Part shown: one piece after another, positions 8,368 to 17,247 of the stretch
How the letters are laid out: the number at the start of each line of letters is the position of its first letter
How positions within the stretch are numbered: the stretch's first letter is position 1
Source of the DNA: a virus
Taxonomy: Duplodnaviria; Caudoviricetes
Length of the DNA: 44,653 nucleotides
Direction: 5' to 3' (one strand)
Virus record (IMG/VR): IMGVR_UViG_3300049926_000041
Location: 1 to 44,653 of that record
Made by a program: the position numbers and the translations under genes
The notes under the pieces: generated by a model
What the model was told of the DNA's origin: nothing
Seen by the model: the letters and a program-made list of their open reading frames with translations, nothing else
The model's database searches: none

Positions 8368-8582
8368 TCCGTGATCCATCAGATGGCAGCGTGAAAGAAG
8401 CGCCTCAATCCGAAACATTTTGCTCGGAAACTAAGGTTCCCGAAAGTTCAATTTCCGGCCTGACAAAGGCTCAGGCCGACGAGCTCGAGCGGCTGAACAA
8501 ATCGCGGGAATGGCTGAAGGAATATCATGCGGCCGTCGATCGCGCGAACCGGATGAACGACAAAGGCGAGGCAGCCGAATGA
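8364..8582 (+). CDS. Hypothetical protein (MIRDPSDGSVKE...)
   Basis: ATGA coupling. Confidence 0.6.
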   Translation: MIRDPSDGSVKEAPQSETFCSETKVPESSISGLTKAQADELERLNKSREWLKEYHAAVDRANRMNDKGEAAE

Positions 8583-8677
8583 TCAGCCTCTCCATCTTCG
8601 CGTCCGGATTGCTGATCGTCGGGTACTGCGTCGGCCGCGCGCATGCGGCGTGGATTGAAAACGGAGAGTGGGAATGA
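8579..8677 (+). CDS. 32-aa hydrophobic peptide
   Basis: Translated by hand; GAGG RBS; coupled at both ends. Confidence 0.5.
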   Translation: MISLSIFASGLLIVGYCVGRAHAAWIENGEWE

Positions 8678-8838
8678 ACAACGAAGCTAGGGTCATTCAG
8701 GTGATCGAAACGAGTTTGATGCGCCGCGGCGATGGTAAGGAAATCCCCATCCGAATTATCACGCAATATTGGTCGCTCGACGGAAAATTACTAGCCGAGG
8801 TCGATCCAGTGATTGAAGCTCGGAAAGGCCAGAAATGA
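8674..8838 (+). CDS. 54-aa phage hypothetical protein (..RRGDGKEIPIRIITQYWSLDGKLLAE..)
   Basis: Translated by hand; GGAG RBS; coupled at both ends. Confidence 0.65.
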   Translation: MNNEARVIQVIETSLMRRGDGKEIPIRIITQYWSLDGKLLAEVDPVIEARKGQK

Positions 8839-9020
8839 CCACGCCAACCCTCACCTGCGAGCACTGCGAATCCGAGATCGACGTGTTCATGGATCCGCAT
8901 TGCGTGGTGTACGACCCGTCAGGCGCGACGGGTGTGATCTGCGCCGACTGTCGCGCGAAGATCGCCGAGCATGAGCGGCTGCGTGAGGCGTACCGGATCA
9001 AGCGGGGGTGGCGGGCATGA
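8835..9020 (+). CDS. Small Zn-finger protein
   Basis: CEHC...CADC. Confidence 0.6.
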   Translation: MTTPTLTCEHCESEIDVFMDPHCVVYDPSGATGVICADCRAKIAEHERLREAYRIKRGWRA

Positions 9021-9262
9021 TGATCGGGCGCATCAACGGTTGTACGCGCGTGCTGGGCAAATCGCAGGGCTATCTTGGCCTGCCGATACGGGACGAAATC
9101 CTCAACTGCAGCGTGGGAGGTGAGGATACGCCTGCGATGGTGACTGCGTGGATACCGACGCCTGAAGAACTCGCGCTGCTGAATGCCGGTGCGTCGGTTC
9201 ATGTTCGAATTATTGGAACCGGACACCCGCCTATCATGGTCGATGTCGGAGAGGCTCCGTAA
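9017..9262 (+). CDS. Hypothetical protein
   Basis: ORF track; ATGA coupling. Confidence 0.65.
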   Translation: MMIGRINGCTRVLGKSQGYLGLPIRDEILNCSVGGEDTPAMVTAWIPTPEELALLNAGASVHVRIIGTGHPPIMVDVGEAP

Positions 9263-9266
9263 TGAA

Positions 9267-9824
9267 ATGCTCGACGACCTCACCATCGCCCTCGAAAAAC
9301 GCACCGCGCACATCGTCGCGGCAAGATTTGAACTCGAAAATCAACGGCATGAAAGCAGGAAAAAGATGGCAATTGAAATCAAGGGACTGAGGTCCGACGC
9401 GCTGCTGGCGCGGGCCAATATCGACAAGGTACGCGCGGCCTATGCCAGGTTCAACGCGGCCGCGCCGGCCCATGCTGACGATGTCGACAAGCTCGCCAGC
9501 GATATCACCGGCATGCAATCCGACCTCGAATTCGCGGCCACCGTGATGGGAAACTCCGATGGCGGGTCCGAGCGGCTCGCCGATACGCAGAAACAGGGCG
9601 TGGTGACGCCAAACACTTTGGCCGGTGTGGGAGACCTGAATTTGCCCAAGGCCGCTCCTGAGTCGACTGTGGCCCAGCAAACGGCCACCACCGACCGCGT
9701 GGCGTTGGGTTCGGCCCCTGCCTGGCCGGAGGGCGATGCAGCGACCACTCTCGCCCAAGGATCAGCCAGCGCCTCCGCTGATCCGCGGCCGAACGGGGCG
9801 GATGTTCTGGTGAGGGCAGGCTGA
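9267..9824 (+). CDS. Hypothetical protein
   Basis: ORF track; start uncertain (9267 or 9366). Confidence 0.55.
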   Translation: MLDDLTIALEKRTAHIVAARFELENQRHESRKKMAIEIKGLRSDALLARANIDKVRAAYARFNAAAPAHADDVDKLASDITGMQSDLEFAATVMGNSDGGSERLADTQKQGVVTPNTLAGVGDLNLPKAAPESTVAQQTATTDRVALGSAPAWPEGDAATTLAQGSASASADPRPNGADVLVRAG

Positions 9825-9825
9825 A

Positions 9826-10329
9826 ATGACCGCGACGCTGCCGGGCGAGCTGATCTATCGCGTCGTCACCGACATGGAAGGCCTGCAGGAAGCCGTTCGC
9901 GATCGTGCCGAAGATCTCAACACCACGCGCGAATCCCTTGACGAGGCCAGCGGATTGCAGCCTGGCTATTGCGGCAAGATCCTGTGTCATCCACCAATGC
10001 GCGCGCTCGGACCAAAGAGCCTGCCAGCCATTCTCAAGGCAACCGGCATGGTGATGGTGCTGGTGATCGACGACGAGCGCTTCGCTCCGATCAGGGCCAA
10101 TCTCGTCGCTCCGAAGCGCATCATGCGTAGCATCGGACGCATCAGGCAGCCCGCATGGCTGTTCACACCGAAGAAAGCCAGCAAATTAGCCAAAAACCGA
10201 TGGGCGAACGTCTCACCGGAAAAGCGCAAAAGGCTGATGAAAAAGCTTGCAAAAGCAGGCTGGATCTCGCGTCGACGCAAGGCTCGCAAATCAGTTGCAA
10301 AAGCGGAGTGCGTCGCTGAGGTTTCATAG
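9826..10329 (+). CDS. Putative HTH-like DNA-binding protein with basic tail; candidate late-gene activator
   Basis: TRESLDEASGLQPGYCGKIL resembles an XRE HTH; last gene before the first late promoter. Confidence 0.45.
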   Translation: MTATLPGELIYRVVTDMEGLQEAVRDRAEDLNTTRESLDEASGLQPGYCGKILCHPPMRALGPKSLPAILKATGMVMVLVIDDERFAPIRANLVAPKRIMRSIGRIRQPAWLFTPKKASKLAKNRWANVSPEKRKRLMKKLAKAGWISRRRKARKSVAKAECVAEVS

Positions 10330-10347
10330 TCGTTGCATCATGCGCGC
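10306..10347 (+). promoter_or_regulatory. Late promoter copy 1 (GAGTGCGTCG...CATCAT), leaderless
   Basis: One mismatch to the motif; ATG exactly 32 nt downstream. Confidence 0.7.
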
Positions 10348-10878
10348 ATGGCAAATCAGCGGCCCGAACCAAAGCTCCTCAAGCGCAAACTCGAGGATAT
10401 AAAGCTTCGCTACGATAGCCACACTCGCGAAGTCAAAGCCAAGAACAACAATCGTTCCCGCGGGATGGCTGCCATTCGCCTGGCCGAACTGACACGCTGG
10501 TTCAACGATGTCTACGGTGCCGGCGTCGAGCTCGAACATAGTGACTATCAAATCGTTCGTATCTTCGTGCACCATCTCGGCGCCATCAAGGACGCGCCAC
10601 GCCGAATCAACGATTGGGTGCGAACCTACGCGCCATGGATCAGCCCCCATGATCTTGAGCGGCTAATCCACGAGACTGAAACGTGTCCCATGCGATGGAC
10701 CGCCGACAAGCTGGGATGGAAGCTGCAACTCACCCAGGAACAGCGAACCCGCCTCAAAATCCGCACCATCGGTGCCAAAGGCGTCAATAAGCAGATGCGC
10801 ATGGAACTCAGGCGAAAGGCAGAAGCCAAACGCCAGCGCGATCGCCGCGCCAGCCTCAAAACCGTACGCAGCATATAG
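10348..10878 (+). CDS. Hypothetical basic protein, possibly a Rep/primase-related fragment
   Basis: Start reassigned to MANQRPE using the promoter spacing; WTADKLGWKLQLT..RTRLKIRTIGA. Confidence 0.65.
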   Translation: MANQRPEPKLLKRKLEDIKLRYDSHTREVKAKNNNRSRGMAAIRLAELTRWFNDVYGAGVELEHSDYQIVRIFVHHLGAIKDAPRRINDWVRTYAPWISPHDLERLIHETETCPMRWTADKLGWKLQLTQEQRTRLKIRTIGAKGVNKQMRMELRRKAEAKRQRDRRASLKTVRSI

Positions 10879-10900
10879 ACTGTGTAATATGCTGCGTACG
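10863..10900. repeat. Perfect 14-bp inverted repeat CGTACGCAGCATAT-N10-ATATGCTGCGTACG
   Basis: Read directly; no U-tract follows. Confidence 0.9.
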
Positions 10901-10941
10901 CAACGCGCGAGGATGTGATATCCTCAAGCTGAGGTGCCATC

Positions 10942-11118
10942 ATGAAGCTCACTATCATCCACCCCAGATCAAACCGCGAATATCAGGTGATCCATTCGAG
11001 ATGGCGCACGGTCATTCCGTTCGAGCGCATCGACTTCAACACCATCGAAGTGCCTGATGAGTTCGATGATGTCGCAACCATCATCTGGACGGAGATGCCT
11101 CGCAGCATGAGGGGATAG
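10942..11118 (+). CDS. 58-aa hypothetical protein (MKLTIIHPRSNREYQV...)
   Basis: Translated by hand; GAGGTG RBS. Confidence 0.55.
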   Translation: MKLTIIHPRSNREYQVIHSRWRTVIPFERIDFNTIEVPDEFDDVATIIWTEMPRSMRG

Positions 11119-11192
11119 CGTATTGACAGCCTGAGTGTATCAGTAGGTGAATGCGTATTGCCCTCGTTGCTCATCACGCAGCCGTAACCCGA

Positions 11193-11445
11193 ATGTTCCA
11201 TAATGTGGGATTGCGGCTGCGAGTGCATGAGCCTGAGTTTAGCTAAGTCATTGATATTGCTATCACGTTTATGCATGGCTCTGCATTCGTCACACACTTA
11301 ACATATTGATAACGTTGGTTAATTGTTAAATTATTCCATAATGGATGTTATGCGAACTGTGATGTCCATACATAGATGCATTGATATCATTGAGCTATTG
11401 GCTCTAGCTCGAACGAAATGTTCCATAATACACTGAATGCTCGAT
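11193..11445 (-). other. Three co-oriented dif-like (XerC/XerD) 28-bp sites at 11193-11220, 11331-11358 and 11418-11445
   Basis: Best site AGTTCGCATAA-CATCCA-TTATGGAATAA versus E. coli dif GGTGCGCATAA-TGTATA-TTATGTTAAAT; the other two keep the arm TTATGGAACAT. Confidence 0.65.
11244..11311 (-). promoter_or_regulatory. Two IHF consensus sites (11244-11256 and 11299-11311)
   Basis: TATCAATGACTTA and TATCAATATGTTA match WATCAANNNNTTR. Confidence 0.6.
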
Positions 11446-11501
11446 GCGCCAGCGAAACCTGGAACGATAGCGCTGTATGGTAATAGCCTACCCAAAAGAC
11501 C

Positions 11502-11523
11502 GGGGGAGGGTGGGGGTGGGGGG
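11502..11523 (+). other. G-tract GGGGGAGGGTGGGGGTGGGGGG (G-quadruplex-capable) near the presumed pac region
   Basis: Four G-runs with 1-nt loops, about 150 bp before terS. Confidence 0.6.
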
Positions 11524-11631
11524 AAAACCTGAGGCTCCGTCATATATCGAGAGCATCCTTCTCTCACGCGTTTCCCCTGAGAAAAATTCGGTTGACCGGA
11601 TTTTTGGGGCGGATTTTCTGGAAAAGTTCGG

Positions 11632-11673
11632 GAGTGCGTTGTTCGGGCTGGCGAAAGCGTAACTTGTTATCGG
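11632..11673 (+). promoter_or_regulatory. Late promoter copy 2 (terS), leaderless
   Basis: GAGTGCGTTG + 32 nt + ATG. Confidence 0.8.
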
Positions 11674-12216
11674 ATGGGAAAACCAGCGACCGGACCGTCG
11701 AGCATACCTGATCCTGATGATGAGAGCCTTGGGCCTGCGATGCGGGCGCTGAATGTGTCGCAGCGGCGGTTTGCGCTTGCTGCGGTGCAGTTCCCTCTGG
11801 CGAAGGACTACCAGATCGCGCGGGCGGCCGGGTATTCGGATTTCAGCCATGGTGCACTGCGGGTAACGGCGCATCGGCTTTTCCATGACGAGAAGATTTT
11901 GGAGGCTATCAAGGAGTTGGCGGACAAGGAACTCCGCAGTTCGGCGCTGCTGGGGATCGCGACGATGAAGAAGATCGCGCGACTGGACGGGCATAAGGAT
12001 CAATTGAAGGCGGCGACGGCAATTTTGGACCGGGCGGGGTTCGGGGTCGAGCAGACCATCAATGTCAACAAGACGGTGACGCGGAAGGTGGATGTTTCGG
12101 AGGCGGCGCTGCGGATTGCGGAGTTCCGGCTCAAGTTCCCGGAGCAGTTCGCGAAGCTGCTTGGGGTGCCGGAGCCTGCGGTGGTCGACGGCGAGTTTTC
12201 AGAGGTGACGGAATGA
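11674..12216 (+). CDS. terS: Terminase small subunit
   Basis: QRRFA..ARAAGYS..AHRL HTH; KAATAILDRAG; directly before terL. Confidence 0.8.
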   Translation: MGKPATGPSSIPDPDDESLGPAMRALNVSQRRFALAAVQFPLAKDYQIARAAGYSDFSHGALRVTAHRLFHDEKILEAIKELADKELRSSALLGIATMKKIARLDGHKDQLKAATAILDRAGFGVEQTINVNKTVTRKVDVSEAALRIAEFRLKFPEQFAKLLGVPEPAVVDGEFSEVTE

Positions 12217-13676
12217 CCGCCGAGCCCACCCCGGAGGAAATCAAGGGGCTGCTCGACGCGCTGGAGGTCATCGAGTACGCCGAGACCTATGAGCGGTTCC
12301 GGTCGTTCAGGCCGCATCCGAAGCAGAAGGCGCATCTGGATCTAGGGCGGACGAAGCGTGAGCGGCTGCTGATGGCGAACAACCGCGGCGGCAAGACCGA
12401 GACCGGGGCGTATGAGGCAGCCTGCCATTTGACCGGGGAATATCCGAAGGGTTGGGGCGGGCGCCAGTTCGACCAGCCGACCATGGGCTGGATTTGCGGC
12501 GAGACCTCGCTTCTGGTGCGCGACATCCAGCAGAAGAAGCTGTGCGGGCCGCCCGGAGTCGAGAGCATGTTCGGCACCGGGATGATCCCGAAAGACCTGT
12601 TCGCGGACAAGCCGTCGCTGGCGCGCGGGGTGACCGACGCCTACGACACGATCCAGGTCCGCCACAAATCGGGCGGGATCTCGATCGGCAAGTTCAAGTC
12701 CTACGAGCAGGGCCGGCAGAAGTTCCAGGGCGAGGGGCTGGACTGGATCTGGTTCGACGAGGAACCGCCGCTGGATATTTACGCCGAGGGCATCGCCCGC
12801 ATCGGCGAGCGCGACGGCATCGCGTGGCTGACGTTCACGCCGCTGAAGGGCCGCTCAAGCGTGGTGCTGCGGTTCGTGGACGAGCCCTCGACCGAGCGCG
12901 GCATCACCACCATGACGCTGGACGACGCGCACCACATCGCGCCTGATGTGCGCAAGAAGATGCTGGACGGGTATTTGCCGCATGAGCGCGAGGCCCGGGC
13001 CCGCGGTGTGCCGACCTTGGGGTCGGGCCGAATATTCATGGCGCCGGAATCGACCGTCATCGAGCAGCCGATCGAATACATTCCGGAATTCTGGTTCAAA
13101 TTGTGGGGCATCGACTTCGGCATCGATCACCCGTTCGCGGCCGCGCTGATCCTGTGGGACAAGGATGCCGACGTCATCCACGTTCACCATTGCATCCGGA
13201 TTTCGGACGCGCTGCCGATCCAGCACGCCTCGGCGATGAAGCCTATCGGGGCCGGCATACCGGTGGCGTGGCCGCAGGACGGCACCCAGCGCCGCGACGA
13301 CGGCAAGCCGCTCTCCGACCACTACAAGCGGCAGGGCCTCTTGACGCTGCCGGAGCACGCGACCTGGCCCGATGGCGGGGTCTCGACCGAGGCCGGCATC
13401 ATGGAGATGGACGAGCGCGAGCAGTCCGGCCGGCTGAAATATGCCGCCCACCTGTCGGATATCCTCGAGGAGCGGCGGTTCTATCACCGCAAGGATGGCA
13501 AGATCGTCAAGCTAAAGGACGATCTTCTCTCGGCGGTGCGGATCGCGATCATGATGAAGCGCGCGGCGCGCGCGGTGTCGCTGGGTGGCAAGGCTGCGGA
13601 GCGGATGGCCTGGGGCGAGGGCCAGATCGCATCCGGCACCGACTTCGACGTATTCGCACCAATGGGAGCAAACTGA
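12213..13676 (+). CDS. terL: Terminase large subunit
   Basis: PHPKQ, MANNRGGKT (Walker A), WFDEEPP (Walker B), TFTP, GIDFG and DDLLSA nuclease motifs. Confidence 0.95.
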   Translation: MTAEPTPEEIKGLLDALEVIEYAETYERFRSFRPHPKQKAHLDLGRTKRERLLMANNRGGKTETGAYEAACHLTGEYPKGWGGRQFDQPTMGWICGETSLLVRDIQQKKLCGPPGVESMFGTGMIPKDLFADKPSLARGVTDAYDTIQVRHKSGGISIGKFKSYEQGRQKFQGEGLDWIWFDEEPPLDIYAEGIARIGERDGIAWLTFTPLKGRSSVVLRFVDEPSTERGITTMTLDDAHHIAPDVRKKMLDGYLPHEREARARGVPTLGSGRIFMAPESTVIEQPIEYIPEFWFKLWGIDFGIDHPFAAALILWDKDADVIHVHHCIRISDALPIQHASAMKPIGAGIPVAWPQDGTQRRDDGKPLSDHYKRQGLLTLPEHATWPDGGVSTEAGIMEMDEREQSGRLKYAAHLSDILEERRFYHRKDGKIVKLKDDLLSAVRIAIMMKRAARAVSLGGKAAERMAWGEGQIASGTDFDVFAPMGAN

Positions 13677-13876
13677 TGGCCAGCCTCACCGTAAAACGGG
13701 AATATCGCGCCGATCTGCGTCCGCCGGCGTGGCAGGCCGTCGTCAGCAACGGCAGGGTTGAGATAGCGATGCTGTCGATCGCGGTCGGTGGCAGGCTGGT
13801 CGACATCGATGCCGCCACCGACGAAGAGATCCTCGACCACGCGCGCCTGAGTGCGTTGCTGGCTAACCCCGCCTGA
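13676..13876 (+). CDS. Hypothetical protein (MASLTVKREY...)
   Basis: TGATG coupling; GGAG RBS. Confidence 0.55.
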   Translation: MASLTVKREYRADLRPPAWQAVVSNGRVEIAMLSIAVGGRLVDIDAATDEEILDHARLSALLANPA

Positions 13877-13890
13877 CCCCACGTTGGGGC
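13849..13890 (+). promoter_or_regulatory. Late promoter copy 3, leaderless
   Basis: GAGTGCGTTGCTGG; ATG 32 nt after the 10-mer. Confidence 0.8.
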
Positions 13891-14262
13891 ATGGAAAATA
13901 ATTCATGCCCGAAATGCCAGGGACCGCGCGTCGTCCAGAGGTCAGGCCTCCAGAACGGAATGCCCCGCCTTAGGCTCGTCTGCCTTCCATGCTCGGCAGC
14001 GCGGCTGCGGGCCAATTCGTCCAAGTACAATGGCGCCAAGCGCCGATGGGACGCTGCGAATTCTGAAAAGCGTCATGCTCATAAGCTGGTCGAGGTGGCG
14101 CTGCTTAACGGATCATTGATCCGGCGGGACTGCTGCAAGTGCGGTTCACCCAGCACGCACGCACACCACGATGATTATTCACTGCCGCTTGATGTGATGT
14201 GGCTTTGTCCAAAGCATCACAAAGAGCGGCATTCCGAACTTGCGCGGTTAATCGCCGCGTAA
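13891..14262 (+). CDS. HNH-type endonuclease
   Basis: CCKCG..HAHHDDYSLPLDVMWLCPKHH. Confidence 0.75.
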   Translation: MENNSCPKCQGPRVVQRSGLQNGMPRLRLVCLPCSAARLRANSSKYNGAKRRWDAANSEKRHAHKLVEVALLNGSLIRRDCCKCGSPSTHAHHDDYSLPLDVMWLCPKHHKERHSELARLIAA

Positions 14263-14284
14263 GGCTTAGCCCTCCCAACAACTT

Positions 14285-14328
14285 GGCGGCGGGAGTTTCT
14301 GTAACGAGGTTTCGCCCGCCGCCCTTTT
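14285..14328 (+). terminator. Possible terminator/attenuator hairpin
   Basis: GGCGGCGGG/CCCGCCGCC stem followed by CTTTT; long loop. Confidence 0.4.
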
Positions 14329-14340
14329 CGGAGTTTCCAC

Positions 14341-14865
14341 ATGGCCGATGACACCAGCCTGCCGCATCCGACGCCCGCCGCGACCGCACCGGTGCCCTAT
14401 GCTCCGAAGGTGGCCGAGATCAATGCCGAGGCCGAGCGCAAGCGCCAAGACGAGGCGGCCGCCGCGATGCGGGGCGACTTGAAGTATAGCCCCACCAAGG
14501 CCGCCGAGAAAACCCCCGACACCGCCAAGACCAGGCTGCGCGGCTTCGAGGATGCCCATTTCGGCCGCGACGCGACCCGCATCAATGGCGAGGTCGAGCG
14601 CGGCATTGGCTCCCGCTACGGCTCGATGAGTCCCACCAAGGCCGCCGAATATGCAGCGCTCGAAGAACTGGTGAAGGCCGAGACCGCGATTGCCGCCGCC
14701 AGCCACGATCTGGCGGACGCCAACATGAAGCACGAGGCCGCGCTGAAGCGGCTCGCCGCGGCGCAGAAGGCCTCGACCGATGCCGCCGCGGAAGCCAAGC
14801 GGATCGCGGACGAGGACGCCAAGCTGGCGAAGGCCCCGGCGCCGGCCCTGACCCCGGTGAGCTGA
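14341..14865 (+). CDS. Hypothetical Ala-rich helical protein
   Basis: ORF track; GGAG RBS. Confidence 0.7.
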   Translation: MADDTSLPHPTPAATAPVPYAPKVAEINAEAERKRQDEAAAAMRGDLKYSPTKAAEKTPDTAKTRLRGFEDAHFGRDATRINGEVERGIGSRYGSMSPTKAAEYAALEELVKAETAIAAASHDLADANMKHEAALKRLAAAQKASTDAAAEAKRIADEDAKLAKAPAPALTPVS

Positions 14866-14866
14866 C

Positions 14867-15067
14867 ATGCCGATGCCGGGCGCCATGGGTGTCGCCGGTG
14901 ACCTCGGTCTCGGCGATATGCTCGGGCAGCAGGTGGCTGGCGAGTCAGAAGAAGAACGCAAGAAGCGGATGGCGCTGATGCAGCAGCAACAGATGCTGGG
15001 CCCGGCGGGATCGTTGGCCGTGACCTCGCTGTTCGGCGCGCAAGGTGGAAAAAGTGCTGGCCTTTAA
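14867..15067 (+). CDS. Small protein preceding the portal gene
   Basis: ORF track; typical position. Confidence 0.65.
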   Translation: MPMPGAMGVAGDLGLGDMLGQQVAGESEEERKKRMALMQQQQMLGPAGSLAVTSLFGAQGGKSAGL

Positions 15068-15515
15068 ACCCGACGTCCAGATCACCTTCGACATCAAGGA
15101 TACCTGGCAGGCGCGAGTTCTCGTTGGTGCGCGGCAATGGCAGAAAGCTATCGTGCTATCGGTGCTGGCACATAATTTCGACGATGCGATGCCGGCGCTG
15201 CTGGAGACGGTCTATCCCGGATTCCGCTCGATCGTTCCGCCATTTCTCACGACCGCGGGCAGGGTCTCAAAAACCGGAGCCATCGTTGCCAATGTAAGAA
15301 TGCAGAGCGGTCGCACCGTCAGGGACATGGTGCTGTACCGGAACGAAGTCGCGTTGCGCAATGATTTCCGCAAGCTGGCGGATCAGTTGAAATTGAACGA
15401 CGCCGATCGGGTCGAATTGTTCGGTGCCGTGAAGCGATGGGTGGTCGCCGACCGCCGTCTCGACCCATTGATGGATCCGAAGGACCCCGATGCCAAGCGG
15501 CTCACAATCAACTGA
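15045..15515 (+). CDS. Hypothetical protein
   Basis: ORF track; overlaps both neighbours. Confidence 0.6.
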   Translation: MEKVLAFKPDVQITFDIKDTWQARVLVGARQWQKAIVLSVLAHNFDDAMPALLETVYPGFRSIVPPFLTTAGRVSKTGAIVANVRMQSGRTVRDMVLYRNEVALRNDFRKLADQLKLNDADRVELFGAVKRWVVADRRLDPLMDPKDPDAKRLTIN

Positions 15516-17247
15516 AGTCGTTCCCTATACGGGCGACCCGATGATCCGCAATCCGCGCCAGGTCTCCGAGCGCGAGCGCGAGATCGTCGTCGGCATCCAG
15601 CGGGAATTCTCGCAGTACCAGGTGAGGCGCTCGACCTTCGCGGGTCAGTGGGAGGAGGTCGCCGAACTGATCCTGCCGACCTCGCGCAACACGTTTTTCT
15701 ATCAGAACTACAACGCGCCCGGCCAGAAGAAGACCCAGCAGCAGGTCGATGCGTCGGGCGCTCTCGCGCTGCACCGGTTTTGCGCCATCGCCGATTCGCT
15801 GGTGACGCCGCGCAACATGCAGTGGCACGGCCTGCAGAGCGACGATTACGTGATGAAGGACCGCGCCACCCGGCTGTGGTTCGAGAATACGACCCGGATG
15901 CTGTTCCGCGCGCGCTACGACGCCAACGCCAATTTTGCAGCTCAAAACTACAACAACTGGCAATCGCTCGGCGCGTTCGGCAACGCCACCATGTATGTCG
16001 ACAAGTACGACAATCGATGGCACGGCGGCGGCTACGGCCTGCGCTACAAATCGGTGCCGCTGGGCGAGACCTTCTTCGGCGAGAATCATCAAGGCCAGGT
16101 CGATCGCATGATCCGCTGGTTCCGGCTCACGCCCTACCAGGCGGTGCAGAAATGGGGCATCGATCGGCTTCCCGAGGCGCTGAGGGCGCCGCTCCAGCAG
16201 GACAGCCAGTGGCCGTATAATTTCCTGCATTGCGTGCGGCCGCGCACCGACGACTACGATCCCGAGGCGCTCGACGCCCGTTCGTTGCCGTTCTCTTCCT
16301 ATTATGTCTCGATCGAGGGCCAGTGCCTGATGCAGCCGGAGGCCGGCTACCAGACCTTCCCCTATGCGGTCTCGCGCTACGACCAGACCCCGGGCGAGGT
16401 CGAGGGCCGCGGCCCGGCGCAACTGGTGCTGCCTTCCCTGAAAACCCTGAACGCGCAGAAGGTGATTTTCCTCAAGCAGGGCCACCGCAGCGCCGATCCG
16501 ATATTGCTGACCGCCGATGACGGCGTGGTCGGCATGAGCATGCGGCCGGGCGCCATGAACAAGGGCGGCGTCTCGGCCAAGGGCGAGTTGCTGGTTCACA
16601 CTTTGCCCACCGGCGACATCAAGATCTCGCTCGAGATGATGCAGGAGGAACGCACCATCATCGAGGACGTGTTCCTAGTGAGCCTGTTCAAGGTCTTGAG
16701 CGAAAACCCGAACATGACCGCGACCCAGGTGATCGAGCTCGTCAACGAAAAGGGTATGCTGGTAGCGCCGACCTTGGGCCGGCAGCACACCGAATATGTC
16801 GGCGGCTTCGTGCCGCGCGAACTGGATCTGATGGCCGAAATGCGGATGGTCGATCCGTTGCCGCCACGCCTGCGCGAGGCGCTGCGCGGCCGCGGTCTTG
16901 CCGGGATATCGGTCACCGACACCTCACCATTGGCCAAGGCGGCGATGATGGGCGAGGCCGCCGGCTTCAACCGCTGGATCGAGAACCTGACCAAGACCGC
17001 ATCCGAGATGCAGGATCCGTCATGGCTCGACGTCGTCAACGCCGATACCGCCTCGCGCGACATGGCCGAGATCTACAGCGTGCGCGAGAGCTGGACCGCG
17101 ACCGACGAGCAGATCGCGCAAAAGCGCAAAGGTCGTGCCGACCAGCAGGCGCAGCAGGCCAAGATCCAGGCGCTGCCGGCGCAGGCCGCGATGGTGAAAG
17201 CGCAGGCCACGCTGGCTAAATCCGGCATGCCGCAAGGTGCGCAGTGA
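15490..17247 (+). CDS. Portal (head-to-tail connector)
   Basis: WEEVAELILP, GAFGNA, GEVEGRGP, MTATQV..EK..LG, SPLA motifs of the T7/BPP-1 connector family. Confidence 0.92.
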   Translation: MPSGSQSTEVVPYTGDPMIRNPRQVSEREREIVVGIQREFSQYQVRRSTFAGQWEEVAELILPTSRNTFFYQNYNAPGQKKTQQQVDASGALALHRFCAIADSLVTPRNMQWHGLQSDDYVMKDRATRLWFENTTRMLFRARYDANANFAAQNYNNWQSLGAFGNATMYVDKYDNRWHGGGYGLRYKSVPLGETFFGENHQGQVDRMIRWFRLTPYQAVQKWGIDRLPEALRAPLQQDSQWPYNFLHCVRPRTDDYDPEALDARSLPFSSYYVSIEGQCLMQPEAGYQTFPYAVSRYDQTPGEVEGRGPAQLVLPSLKTLNAQKVIFLKQGHRSADPILLTADDGVVGMSMRPGAMNKGGVSAKGELLVHTLPTGDIKISLEMMQEERTIIEDVFLVSLFKVLSENPNMTATQVIELVNEKGMLVAPTLGRQHTEYVGGFVPRELDLMAEMRMVDPLPPRLREALRGRGLAGISVTDTSPLAKAAMMGEAAGFNRWIENLTKTASEMQDPSWLDVVNADTASRDMAEIYSVRESWTATDEQIAQKRKGRADQQAQQAKIQALPAQAAMVKAQATLAKSGMPQGAQ

